From: Spirochaetia bacterium | GTDB taxonomy: Bacteria > Spirochaetota > Spirochaetia > CADAEX01 | Direction: 5' to 3' | NCBI GenBank assembly: GCA_963662795.1 | Contig: OY759746.1 | Coordinates: 1,728,001-1,792,000 of the forward strand | DNA length: 64,000 nt | Shown here: piece after piece, positions 9,613-19,354 of the stretch | How the letters are laid out: each line of letters starts with the position of its first letter | Numbering within the stretch: position 1 is the stretch's first letter | Position numbers and translations under genes: made by a program | The notes under the pieces: model-generated | Told to the model about the DNA's origin: nothing | Seen by the model: only the letters and a program-made list of their open reading frames with translations | The model's database searches: none

Positions 9613-10161
9613 ATGGGATGCACCTGCTGTAAGAACGGTAATTCTGCGCTTAATGCCGAAGCAAAAGACATTATCAGCATTACCGGAAAAGAAAAAGAGA
9701 AGACTATACCCATATTACAGGAAATTCAGAGCAGAAAAGGGTATATACCTGAAGATCTTCTAAATGAGGTTTCTGAAGTTACGGGGATTGCTGTAAGCGA
9801 CTTTTACAGTGTTGCTACATTTTATTCACAGTTCAGATTTACACCGCTCGGAAAACACCTTATCAGGGTCTGCAACGGAACTGCCTGTTTTGTTTCAGGT
9901 GCGGATATACTGTTTGATACACTTTCTGATCTTCTGAAAGTCGGTGACGGCGAGACAACCGAAGACGGGCTTTTTACTCTTGAAACTGTTGCATGCCTGG
10001 GCTGCTGTTCGCTTGCCCCTGTTGTGATGATAAGCGGAAGGGTTTACGGCAAGCAGAACTCTGACAGCATCCGGAAACTTGTCAATTCAATAATAGCTGA
10101 TGAGGCAAAAGGTGAAAAAGCAGCGGCAGCCGCCGCCGGACAAACAGGAGGGACAGCTTGA
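9613..10161 (+). CDS. NuoE/HydC/StnA-like [2Fe-2S] subunit
   Basis: VATFYSQF, CNGTAC and CLGCC..AP motifs; ATG 9613 follows GGAG. Confidence 0.9.
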   Translation: MGCTCCKNGNSALNAEAKDIISITGKEKEKTIPILQEIQSRKGYIPEDLLNEVSEVTGIAVSDFYSVATFYSQFRFTPLGKHLIRVCNGTACFVSGADILFDTLSDLLKVGDGETTEDGLFTLETVACLGCCSLAPVVMISGRVYGKQNSDSIRKLVNSIIADEAKGEKAAAAAAGQTGGTA

Positions 10162-11951
10162 ACAATCAATTGCTGAAAGTCGGACTCGGTTCATGCGGAA
10201 TAGCGGCCGGTGCCCAGGATGTCTACAATTATCTCTTGTCAGACATTGATAAGGAAAATTATCCCGGACTGGACCTCGGAAAAACTTCATGTATAGGACT
10301 CTGTTTTGCCGAGCCTATTGTGGAGTTTCATGACGGTGATAAAAGAATTGTCTACGGCAACGTTGATGTAAAGCTCGCGGAAAAAATTCTGAAAGGGATT
10401 TCCGCCGGTTCGCTTCCTGAAGAAAACAGAATTCTTGAAGAAAAAGGTGAGGGCAACCGGGTTGCGGCTGATGATAATATTGTGAAATATACAGGCCGCC
10501 AGGTAAAACTTGCCCTTAAAAACTGCGGAATAATTGATCCTGAAAGCATTGACGAATATACAGCAAGGGGCGGCTACAAGGCGCTTGAAAAGGCTGTTGC
10601 TTCAATGCAGGGGCAGGAAATTATTGATGTAATGAAAGAATCAGGTCTTAAGGGAAGAGGCGGCGCCGGCTTCCTGACCGGGCAGAAATGGGAATTCCTC
10701 CTTAGGGCAAAGGGAGATAAAAAATACCTTGTCTGCAACGCGGACGAAGGGGACCCCGGAGCTTTTATGGACAGGGCTATCCTTGAGGGAGATCCTCATG
10801 TGGTTATCGAAGGGATGATAATCGCGGCAAAAGCGACAGGCGCCTACAAAGGGTATATCTACTGCAGGGCGGAATATCCGCTTGCCGTAAAAAGGCTCCA
10901 CAAGGCAATTGCCGACGCTAAAGAAAAAAACTTTTTAGGTGAAAATATATTCGGATCAGGTTTTTCTTTTGACATAATAGTCAAGGAAGGCGCCGGTGCG
11001 TTTGTCTGCGGAGAGGAAACAGCGCTGATTATGTCAATACAGGGCGGAAGGGGAATGCCTAACTTAAGGCCTCCGTTTCCGGCGGAATCGGGGATCCATC
11101 AGTCTCCGACAAATATTAATAACGTAGAAACATACGCGAATGTTCCGGGGATAATACTTAACGGACCGGAATCTTTCAACAAATATAAATCAGGCAACAG
11201 CACGGGAACAAAGGTTTTTGCGCTTGCCGGAAAGGTTAAAAGGGTTGGTCTTGTAGAAGTGCCGATGGGACTTACTATCCGCGAGGTAGTTGAAGAAATT
11301 GGAGGAGGCTCATCAACGGGACTTCCCCTTAAAGCTGTGCAGATGGGAGGTCCTGCCGGAGGGTGTATCCCTGAATCAATGTTTGATACTCCAATCAATT
11401 ATGATTCAATCAACGCAACCGGGGCGATAATGGGTTCCGGCGGGCTTATTGTTATGGACGCAAGTTCCTGTATGGTAGATGTAGCGAGGTATTTCCTTCA
11501 GTTTACGCAGAATGAATCATGCGGAAAATGTACTTTCTGCAGAATAGGAACAAAGAGGATGCTTGAAATCCTTGAGCGCATTACTACAGGCAGCGGCACT
11601 CTCAAAGACATCGACATGCTTGAGGAACTCGCCAACCACGTGAGAAAAACATCGCTGTGCGGACTCGGCCAGCTTGCGCCGAATCCTGTTCTTACTACAC
11701 TTAAATATTTCAGGGATGAATATCTTGCCCATGTAAACGATAAAAAATGTTCGGCAGGGGTCTGCAGATCTCTCATCGAGATTAAAATAGACCCTGACAA
11801 GTGCACAGGGTGTACGTTGTGCGCAAGAGTGTGTCCTGTTAATGCCATAACGGGTGAGAGAAAAATGACACATGTCATAGACAGCGGTATATGTACCAGA
11901 TGCGGTATGTGTATTCAGAAATGCAAATTCGACGCAATATACAGGATTTAA
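10158..11951 (+). CDS. NuoF/HydB/StnB-like FMN/NADH-binding subunit with bifurcating-type architecture
   Basis: GRGGAGF, NADEGDPGAFMDR, CGEETAL, SCGKCTFCR, C-terminal H..KKCSAGVC and two [4Fe-4S] ferredoxin motifs. TTG start overlaps the upstream TGA. Confidence 0.92.
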   Translation: MNNQLLKVGLGSCGIAAGAQDVYNYLLSDIDKENYPGLDLGKTSCIGLCFAEPIVEFHDGDKRIVYGNVDVKLAEKILKGISAGSLPEENRILEEKGEGNRVAADDNIVKYTGRQVKLALKNCGIIDPESIDEYTARGGYKALEKAVASMQGQEIIDVMKESGLKGRGGAGFLTGQKWEFLLRAKGDKKYLVCNADEGDPGAFMDRAILEGDPHVVIEGMIIAAKATGAYKGYIYCRAEYPLAVKRLHKAIADAKEKNFLGENIFGSGFSFDIIVKEGAGAFVCGEETALIMSIQGGRGMPNLRPPFPAESGIHQSPTNINNVETYANVPGIILNGPESFNKYKSGNSTGTKVFALAGKVKRVGLVEVPMGLTIREVVEEIGGGSSTGLPLKAVQMGGPAGGCIPESMFDTPINYDSINATGAIMGSGGLIVMDASSCMVDVARYFLQFTQNESCGKCTFCRIGTKRMLEILERITTGSGTLKDIDMLEELANHVRKTSLCGLGQLAPNPVLTTLKYFRDEYLAHVNDKKCSAGVCRSLIEIKIDPDKCTGCTLCARVCPVNAITGERKMTHVIDSGICTRCGMCIQKCKFDAIYRI

Positions 11952-11960
11952 GGGAAAAAC

Positions 11961-14015
11961 ATGAGTGATGTACTTGTTAAAATAAACGGGGCTGATGTAT
12001 CGGTTCCTGAAGGTTCTACAATACTGGAAGCCGCCATAAAGGCAGGCTATGACATACCGACTCTTTGTAACGCTGAGGGGTTAAAGCCTTTTACAAGCTG
12101 CTTTGTCTGCGCTGTAAAGGTTGAGGGCGGCAGGGGAAACCTTGTTCCCTCCTGCGCCACAAAGGTAAGGCCCGGCATGAGCGTTACTGTCGAATCGGAA
12201 GAAGTTGATTCCGCGAGAAAGATGTGTATAACGCTGCTTGTGTCAGACCACTGCGGCGACTGTCTTCCCCCGTGCCAGAGCGAATGTCCTGCCTCAATCG
12301 ATATTAAGGGATTTCTTGCTGCAATCGCGGACAGAAAACCGGAGAAGGCGGCGGAAATAATAAGGGACAAGGCGCCGATTCCAGGCACTCTGGGAAGGAT
12401 CTGCCCAAGGCCGTGCGAAGATCAGTGCAGAAGAACAAGGGTTGAGAAACCGATTGCCATCTGCAACATGAAACGCTTTGCTTCGGATATGGAGATAGAG
12501 AAATACGGAGAGATAAGGCTTCCTTCACCCGCCCCTGATACAGGGAAAAAAGTTGCGGTAATCGGAGCAGGACCTGCCGGAATGACCGCGGCATATTATT
12601 TAAGGCAGGCAGGGCACGCTGTAACTGTTTTTGAGAAAAACAGCAAGTCAGGCGGTATGCTGAGGTATGGAATCCCTTTTTACCGGCTTCCGGATAAGAC
12701 CCTTGCCCTTGAAATGGGCGCGATAGAGAAAACAGGCGTAAAGGTAAAATACGGCGTTGAAATCGGAAAGGATATTGATGTCAAATCGCTTGAAAAAGAC
12801 TATGACGCGCTCATGATAGCAATCGGCGCCCAGGGTGCCTCTTCAATGAGAATTGAGGGTGAGGATACTGAAGGAGTTTACGCCGGTATAGAATACCTCG
12901 GGAAAGTAGCGAGAGGCGAAAATCCGCATGTGGGCAATAAGGTACTTGTTGTCGGCGGAGGGAATACTGCCATTGATGCTTCAAGAACATCGCTCAGGGC
13001 CGGCGCCGATGTAACAATACTGTACAGAAGAACAAGGGCGGAAATGCCTGCAAGCGACTTCGAAATTGAAGAAGCCGGGGAAGAAGGGGTGAAAATTGAT
13101 TACCTTGTTGCTCCGGTTTCAATAACCAGAAGCGGTAAAATACTCAAGGTAAAATGCATAAGAATGGCTCAGGGCGAACCTGACGCATCAGGGAGAAGAA
13201 GACCGGTTCCGGTTGAAGGCTCTGAATTCGAGATAGAAGCTGATACTGTTATCGGCGCAATCGGCCAGAGAGTTATGCCTGACTGCATCAAGCCACTCGG
13301 TATTGAAATAGACAGAAGCGGCAACATTGTCGCAAACCCTGACTCTTTTGTCACAAGCCGCCCCGGCATATTTGCCGCGGGTGACTGCCAGACCGGAGCA
13401 GACATGGCGGTCCGCGCTGTCGGCAACGGAAGAAAAGCGGCAGCCGCCATAAACCAGTACATAACAGGCGAACAGGCAGCCGGCGAGAAGAAACTATTTA
13501 ATTCGAAAATGGGGCCGCTTGAAAGCGTGCCTGAATCCCTCTTCGAAGGCGTTGAAAAGGCAGACAGGATACAGATGCCCCTTATTGAGCATTCTGTAAG
13601 AGTCGGCACTTTCGATGAGATAGAAAAAGGGTTTGACTATGAAAAGGCGGTTGAAGAGGCGAAAAGATGCCTTAAGTGCGGATGCGACAAGATCGACGAC
13701 TGCAAGCTGAGGGCCTACGCAACCAGATATGATGTTGATCAGAACCTTTTCGGAGGCGACATGAGGACATATTCAAGCGATACAAGCCGGAGCGACATCA
13801 AGATGGAACAGGGCAAGTGCATAAGCTGCGGTTCCTGCGTCAGGGCCTGCGCCGAAATTAAGGGGCTTAATGTGCTTTCATTTGTCAACAGGGGATTCGC
13901 GACACGGATGACTGTTCCTTTCGGAAAGTCGCTTGTAGATTCTACCTGTGACGGATGCGGGGAGTGCGCAAAGGTGTGTCCCACCGCTGCGATAATGAAA
14001 AAAGATATCAAATAG
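11961..14015 (+). CDS. StnC/NsoC-like subunit: N-terminal [2Fe-2S], GltD/NfnB-like FAD-NADPH domain, C-terminal 2x[4Fe-4S]
   Basis: IPTLC..SCFVC..SC; PCQSECP; GRICPRPCE; GAGPAG; GGGNTAID..YRR (NADPH-type); CLKCGC..C; CISCGSCVRAC and CDGCGECAKVCP. Confidence 0.85.
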   Translation: MSDVLVKINGADVSVPEGSTILEAAIKAGYDIPTLCNAEGLKPFTSCFVCAVKVEGGRGNLVPSCATKVRPGMSVTVESEEVDSARKMCITLLVSDHCGDCLPPCQSECPASIDIKGFLAAIADRKPEKAAEIIRDKAPIPGTLGRICPRPCEDQCRRTRVEKPIAICNMKRFASDMEIEKYGEIRLPSPAPDTGKKVAVIGAGPAGMTAAYYLRQAGHAVTVFEKNSKSGGMLRYGIPFYRLPDKTLALEMGAIEKTGVKVKYGVEIGKDIDVKSLEKDYDALMIAIGAQGASSMRIEGEDTEGVYAGIEYLGKVARGENPHVGNKVLVVGGGNTAIDASRTSLRAGADVTILYRRTRAEMPASDFEIEEAGEEGVKIDYLVAPVSITRSGKILKVKCIRMAQGEPDASGRRRPVPVEGSEFEIEADTVIGAIGQRVMPDCIKPLGIEIDRSGNIVANPDSFVTSRPGIFAAGDCQTGADMAVRAVGNGRKAAAAINQYITGEQAAGEKKLFNSKMGPLESVPESLFEGVEKADRIQMPLIEHSVRVGTFDEIEKGFDYEKAVEEAKRCLKCGCDKIDDCKLRAYATRYDVDQNLFGGDMRTYSSDTSRSDIKMEQGKCISCGSCVRACAEIKGLNVLSFVNRGFATRMTVPFGKSLVDSTCDGCGECAKVCPTAAIMKKDIK

Positions 14016-14041
14016 ATTTTTATCAGCGAGTTAATAAATAT

Positions 14042-14099
14042 AAGCCTTCTGCTGTGCCATTCTCCCTGCGGGAATGAAAACACAGCGGAAGGCTTTTTT
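14042..14099 (+). terminator. Intrinsic terminator between convergent genes
   Basis: AAGCCTTCTGCTGTG...CACAGCGGAAGGCTT stem followed by a T-run. Confidence 0.75.
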
Positions 14100-14122
14100 A
14101 ATAGCACAAGGGAAAAGTCATT

Positions 14123-15133
14123 TTAATAGTGATACATCACACTTTCTCTGACTATCAGCCTTGGTTTTATCGGGTTGATTGATCCTGTTTTATTTTCTTC
14201 AGGATTGAGAATTATATTTAAAGCTTTTTGAGCGATCTGATTTATTGGTATTTCAATTGTAGATATTTTAGGATAAAACAGCTCAGTTAAATTGATATTA
14301 TCATATCCCAATACAGAAATATCTTCAGGGACCCTAAGTCCTACTTCATTGATGGCAAGAATTGCGCCTATAGCCATCATATCGTTTAATGCAAATATCG
14401 CTGTAAAGTCCCTGCTTTCTTTCAGTAAATCCAGAATAAGTTCTCTTGACCTATTAATCAGATAATCACCATAAACCAGAATTTGATCCTCAAAAGATAT
14501 TCCTTTAGACTCATATTTACTTTTAATACCTGATAATCTGTTATTAGTCGATTCAAGATTTTTTGGACCAGCGACAATTGCAATTCTAAAGTGCTGGTTA
14601 TCGAATAGATACTGTGTTCCTATCTCGCCGCCTGCAAAATCATCTGCAATAACTTTATTTCCATTGTAATTTTCAATTTTTTCATCAAGAAGTATTATGT
14701 TTGTATTCGGATTATTTTCATTTAACTGTGCAAGTTCTTCGTTTGAAAGGCCGCTGCTACATAAAAATATTCCTGAGACTTTCTGCTGGAGAAGTGTTTT
14801 TATGTACTCCTTCTCTGTATCGATGCTGTAATCAGTAGTGCAGATATAAGTAAGATAGCCGGCTTTAAAGAGTGTAGATTCAATGGAATTTGCAAGCTGG
14901 GCATAGTATAGGTTTGTATTGGTTGGCAGGATTAGTCCAATTACTCTGGTTTTGCCTGTTCTCATGGCAGAAGATATTCTGTCTGTGGTATAATTATTTT
15001 CTGAAATTATATTTTTTACCTTTATATAGGTCGCTTCGCTCATATTGCCTTTAATTTTTTCGTTGAGCACATGAGAGACTGTTGCAGTGGAGACATTTGC
15101 CATTTTTGCTATATCAGTTATTCTAAGTTTCAT
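14123..15133 (-). CDS. LacI family transcriptional regulator
   Basis: ITDIAKMANVSTATVSHVLN HTH; AIFALNDMMAIG and VPEDISVLGYD sugar-binding domain motifs. Start set at MKLRIT. Confidence 0.93.
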   Translation of the reverse strand: MKLRITDIAKMANVSTATVSHVLNEKIKGNMSEATYIKVKNIISENNYTTDRISSAMRTGKTRVIGLILPTNTNLYYAQLANSIESTLFKAGYLTYICTTDYSIDTEKEYIKTLLQQKVSGIFLCSSGLSNEELAQLNENNPNTNIILLDEKIENYNGNKVIADDFAGGEIGTQYLFDNQHFRIAIVAGPKNLESTNNRLSGIKSKYESKGISFEDQILVYGDYLINRSRELILDLLKESRDFTAIFALNDMMAIGAILAINEVGLRVPEDISVLGYDNINLTELFYPKISTIEIPINQIAQKALNIILNPEENKTGSINPIKPRLIVRESVMYHY

Positions 15134-15189
15134 TCTTACTTTTATTATAAAGAATAACAAATAAAATTTAAATACCATTTGATAAAAAC

Positions 15190-15359
15190 TTAAACGATTT
15201 AACATAAAAATATAATAATGCGATAAAAAAAGCTTGACAAATAGAAATTACCGTAGTTTAATAACTTAAACGTTTAAGTTAAAAAGGCTTTTTAATATCT
15301 TATAAGGTTAATAAATATATTCTATGAATATGTGAAGCACTAAAAGCTTAAACGTTTAA
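15190..15359. promoter_or_regulatory. Three LacI-type operators and a sigma70 promoter of the divergent operon
   Basis: Perfect 20-bp palindrome TAACTTAAACGTTTAAGTTA (15262-15281); TTAAACGTTTAA (15348-15359); variant TTAAACGATTTAA (15190-15202). Promoter TTGACA (15234-15239)-17-TTTAAT (15257-15262). Confidence 0.8.
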
Positions 15360-15391
15360 ATATAAGTTTTTAAAGATAAACAATAAGGAGT

Positions 15392-16195
15392 ATGAACTTG
15401 AGAAAAAGCATTGTCCTTGAAAAAATAAAAAAAAAGGAACCTGTTTTGGCTGTAATAACCGAGTTGTGTGACCCATGCGTAATAGAACTTGCTTCCCTTA
15501 TGGGTTTTGACGCCCTCTGGCTTGATCTTGAACATCATGCCTTAAGCGTTGAGAAAGCACAGGATCTGATGAGAGCCGCCAGAATTGGAAAATCAGATAT
15601 CATGGCGCGGCCTGGCAAAGGTGAGTTCATGAGAATGAGCCGGCTTCTTGAAGCAGGAGCACAGGGTATCATGTATCCGAGAGTCGAAAGTGTAGAAGAG
15701 GCAAAAGAGGTTGTCAAGTGGGCAAAGTTTTATCCTGAAGGTGAAAGAGGTGTAGATGGAGCAAATCCTGATGTTCCTTACGGTTCACTTCCTTATTCAA
15801 AATATATAAAAATTGCAAATCAGGAAACATTTCTTGTTGTGCAGATAGAAGATAAAAAAACTCTTAAAATTGCACCTGAAATTGCTGATATTTCCGGTGT
15901 TGATGTTATTTTTCTCGGGCCTCTTGATTTTTCAGTTTTAAACGGCTATCCGGGGGATACGACCCATAAGGATATTTTAGATGCGTTTAAGATTATGAAT
16001 AAAGCGGCAAATGATGCAGGAAAAATTTGGGGCACACTGGCTGGTTCACTTGATTATGTAAAACTTGCAAGAGAAAACGGGGCATCTTTTATATGCTACG
16101 GAGAAGATTTCATGTTTGTTAAAGAAGGGTTTGAAAAAATACAATTTGACTGCTTAAAACTTGGATTTTCATTTAAAAACTGTTTGATTCAGTAA
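15392..16195 (+). CDS. HpcH/HpaI family class II pyruvate aldolase
   Basis: GFDALWLDLEH, LLEAGAQGIMYPRV, FYPEGERG, VQIE and FLGPLD motifs. Confidence 0.92.
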   Translation: MNLRKSIVLEKIKKKEPVLAVITELCDPCVIELASLMGFDALWLDLEHHALSVEKAQDLMRAARIGKSDIMARPGKGEFMRMSRLLEAGAQGIMYPRVESVEEAKEVVKWAKFYPEGERGVDGANPDVPYGSLPYSKYIKIANQETFLVVQIEDKKTLKIAPEIADISGVDVIFLGPLDFSVLNGYPGDTTHKDILDAFKIMNKAANDAGKIWGTLAGSLDYVKLARENGASFICYGEDFMFVKEGFEKIQFDCLKLGFSFKNCLIQ

Positions 16196-16248
16196 CATTT
16201 TTTCAGTTATTGAATAACTGAATTATTTATATTTCAGAGGAGAATAAA

Positions 16249-17679
16249 ATGAATGTTTTAAAAAGTGATTTTGCAAAATACAGAGAGAGACTTAAAACAA
16301 CAGATGCAGATTTGTTTAAAAAGGTAGACGCGTCTCCTTTTGATTTTAAAACAAAGGAACTGGCAAAAAAAGCAATTAAATACGAATCAACCGGATCTAT
16401 AGGATATGCGATCTATAATATGCCTCCTGTAATTGAAAGTGGTAAAGGTGCATATTTGTATGATGCTGATGGAAAAGAATATATAGATTTTCTGGTAGGC
16501 TTCAGTGTATCAGCGCTTGGTAACAATAATCCGGAAGTTACAAAGATTATTCAAAGACAGGCCGAAAAATTAACCCATTTTTTTGATTTCCCTCACATAG
16601 AAAGGGTTAGTTTTGCTGAAGATCTCTGCAAAAACTCAAAAATGTCGGGGGATACGAAAGTTGTCTGGGGAGTTACAGGTTCTGATGCCATCGAACTTGC
16701 AACAAGGGCCGCAAGGTATTACACAGGAAAACCTTATATTCTGACTGCGTATGGTGATTATCACGGTGTAACCTATGGAACCATGGGTCTTACAAGTAAA
16801 GGTGGAATGCAGCCCTATTTTTATCCTGTAAGACCGATCAGTGATGTCGGATATTTCAACTTTCCGCATGACTACAGAAAACCAGGCGATAAATACCCTG
16901 GTTACGGTATGGAAGCAATAAAGATGCTCGAAAGGTCTCTTGACGGGAAAGAAACACCTTTCGGCGACGGCTGCAACAAGATTAATAATGTAGCAGCAAT
17001 ACTCGTAGAACCGTTTCAGAGTTCAGCAGGCTATTATATTCCTCCTGTTGCGTATCTCCAGGAGCTTAGAAGGATCTGTGACAAGTTTGGTATCCTTTTG
17101 ATAGTTGATGAAATTCAGGCAGGACTTGGAAGAAGCGGAAAGTTGTGGGCTTTTGAACATGCCGGAATTGAACCGGATATGATTTGTACTTCAAAGGCTC
17201 TTGGCGGAGGGTTGCCTCTTGCTGCTGTTATTTCAAGGGCTGAAATATTAAGTGAATGGGGAGCCGGAGCTCATGTTTCAACACAGGCAGGAAATGTACT
17301 TGCATGTGCTGCCGGGCATTATGTCTTTAATCAGATAAACAATGAGAAATTCCTTGCGAATGTAAATGAAATGGGCGCATATTTCCGTGATGGACTTAAA
17401 GCACTTCAGGAAAAGCATAAAATCATCGGTTATATCGATAATCAGGGTTTATACACAGGAATTGAGCTTATTAAAGACAGAGATACAAAAGAACCTGCAA
17501 TTGAAGCTACAACCTATGTAAGGGATGCAAGTCTCAGGGAAGGCCTCCTCTTTGAAAAAGGCGGCTATTATCACAATAGACTTCAAATTATACCTCCTCT
17601 CAACGTAACAAAAGAAGTTCTTGATAAAGCATTGGCAATTTTTGACAAGGTTTTCGGCGAAGCCGGAAAACTGATATAG
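16249..17679 (+). CDS. Class III PLP-dependent aminotransferase (GABA/omega-amine transaminase-like)
   Basis: GAYLYDADGKEYIDF, TGSDAIE, YHG, VEPFQS, IVDEIQAGLGRSG and SKALGGG (PLP lysine). Confidence 0.93.
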   Translation: MNVLKSDFAKYRERLKTTDADLFKKVDASPFDFKTKELAKKAIKYESTGSIGYAIYNMPPVIESGKGAYLYDADGKEYIDFLVGFSVSALGNNNPEVTKIIQRQAEKLTHFFDFPHIERVSFAEDLCKNSKMSGDTKVVWGVTGSDAIELATRAARYYTGKPYILTAYGDYHGVTYGTMGLTSKGGMQPYFYPVRPISDVGYFNFPHDYRKPGDKYPGYGMEAIKMLERSLDGKETPFGDGCNKINNVAAILVEPFQSSAGYYIPPVAYLQELRRICDKFGILLIVDEIQAGLGRSGKLWAFEHAGIEPDMICTSKALGGGLPLAAVISRAEILSEWGAGAHVSTQAGNVLACAAGHYVFNQINNEKFLANVNEMGAYFRDGLKALQEKHKIIGYIDNQGLYTGIELIKDRDTKEPAIEATTYVRDASLREGLLFEKGGYYHNRLQIIPPLNVTKEVLDKALAIFDKVFGEAGKLI

Positions 17680-17691
17680 GGGGGACGAACT

Positions 17692-18699
17692 ATGAAAAAA
17701 TTCATGAATAAACCTGAAAAATTTGTTGATGAAATGCTTGAAGGAATTCTTTCGGCATATCCAAAACAACTTAATCATGCCGGCAACGATCTGAGATGCA
17801 TAATAAAAAAGAATGCAGGAAACAAAAAGAAGGTTGGACTTGCGTCAGGCGGCGGCTCAGGGCATCTTCCTGTGTTTATGGGATATGTCGGAGAGGGGAT
17901 GCTTGACGGATGTGCTGTCGGAGGTGTTTTTCAGTCTCCCAGCGCCGAGCAGATGCTTGAAGTAACCAAAGCAGTTGATGCCGGTATGGGTGTTGTATAT
18001 ATCTACGGGAATTACAGCGGAGATATCATCAATTTTGAAATGGCTCAAGAAATGGCTGAAATGGAGGATATAAAGATAAAGCATGTTCTCGGGGCAGATG
18101 ATGTTGCTTCAGCACCAAAAGGTGAAGAGAAAAAACGCCGCGGGGTTGCCGGTATATTTTACATTTTTAAGATTGCCGGAGCGCTGGCTGATGAAGGGGC
18201 GGATATTGATGCTGTAACAGCTATTGCGGAAAAAACCGGCAAACATGTCAGAACAATGGGTGTGGCTCTAACCCCATGTATTATTCCGGAAGTAGGAAAA
18301 CCATCATTTATACTCGCTGAAAATGAGATGGAAATAGGTATGGGTATCCATGGTGAGCCTGGAATCCGGCGCGGAAAACTCATGCCCGCTGATGATGTTG
18401 TTGATGAGATGATGGATGCAATACTTTTTGACCATGAACTTTCTGATGGCGATGAGGTTTCGGTACTTGTAAACGGTCTAGGTGGAACACCAAAAGAGGA
18501 ACTCTTCATCATATATAGAAGAATTAATCAGATCTTAAGCAAGAAAAAAATCAGTGTTTTTAATGTGTATTCAGGTGAATACGCAACATCAATGGAAATG
18601 GCGGGATTTTCAATTTCAATTTTGAAACTTGATTCCCAGTTGAAAAAATATCTTTCAAAGCCTGCCAATACACCTTTTTTTACGCAGATACAGCTTTAA
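17692..18699 (+). CDS. dhaK: Dihydroxyacetone kinase family subunit K
   Basis: GGGSGHLP, NYSGD..NF, DDVASA, RRGVAG and GMGIHGEPG motifs. Confidence 0.92.
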   Translation: MKKFMNKPEKFVDEMLEGILSAYPKQLNHAGNDLRCIIKKNAGNKKKVGLASGGGSGHLPVFMGYVGEGMLDGCAVGGVFQSPSAEQMLEVTKAVDAGMGVVYIYGNYSGDIINFEMAQEMAEMEDIKIKHVLGADDVASAPKGEEKKRRGVAGIFYIFKIAGALADEGADIDAVTAIAEKTGKHVRTMGVALTPCIIPEVGKPSFILAENEMEIGMGIHGEPGIRRGKLMPADDVVDEMMDAILFDHELSDGDEVSVLVNGLGGTPKEELFIIYRRINQILSKKKISVFNVYSGEYATSMEMAGFSISILKLDSQLKKYLSKPANTPFFTQIQL

Positions 18700-18718
18700 G
18701 TATCAGGGAAGGCTGGAT

Positions 18719-19351
18719 TTGACAGTTATTGGAATTAAGGAAACAAAAGAGATTATCAGGCGGATTAGTTTGATCATGATTGAGAAAAAAAATTTCCTGA
18801 TCGAACTTGACAGTGTTGTGGGGGATGGAGATCTGGGCATTACAATGGAAAAGGCCTTTTTATCTGCTGATGCGCTGCAATGCGATGAGGAAAAATTCCC
18901 AGGCAGGTATTTTATGCAGGCTGGTATTGCTATGGCCAAGGCTGCCCCTTCTACAATGGGCACATTGGTCGCTACAGGGTTTATGCGGGGAGGCAAGGCT
19001 GTAAAAGACAAAGAAAAGCTTTACAGTGACGATTTGTATTATTTCTTTAAGGCTTTTATGGATGGAATAATGGAAAGGGGAAAAACAAAAACAGGTGAAA
19101 AAACAATTGTTGATGTCCTGGAGTATATTGTAAAGGCTTTAAAAGAGAACATTGATAAAACACTTGAAGAATCGTTATCCGCTGGAATAGCTGCTGCTGA
19201 AACCGGCCTTGCGGCTACAAAAAGCATGATGGCACAACATGGAAAGGCAGCAGTATTCAGAGAGAAAACAATAGGTCTGCAGGACCAGGGTGGAACTGCA
19301 TGTCTTTATATATTTCAGGGATTTAAAGAAGCAGTTCTTGAACAGGAGTAA
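18719..19351 (+). CDS. dhaL: Dihydroxyacetone kinase family subunit L
   Basis: LDSVVGDGDLG, GEKTIVD and GKA....DQG motifs; TTG start. Confidence 0.9.
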   Translation: MTVIGIKETKEIIRRISLIMIEKKNFLIELDSVVGDGDLGITMEKAFLSADALQCDEEKFPGRYFMQAGIAMAKAAPSTMGTLVATGFMRGGKAVKDKEKLYSDDLYYFFKAFMDGIMERGKTKTGEKTIVDVLEYIVKALKENIDKTLEESLSAGIAAAETGLAATKSMMAQHGKAAVFREKTIGLQDQGGTACLYIFQGFKEAVLEQE

Positions 19352-19354
19352 AAG

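Noticed and set aside
9613-11951. Respiratory complex I (nuoEF) or [FeFe]-hydrogenase
   Set aside because: No other nuo genes; the third subunit lacks H-cluster motifs and has a GltD-like domain instead.
11961-14015. Glutamate synthase small subunit (gltD)
   Set aside because: No gltB nearby; extra Fe-S domains and NuoEF-like partners point to an Stn/Nso-type complex.
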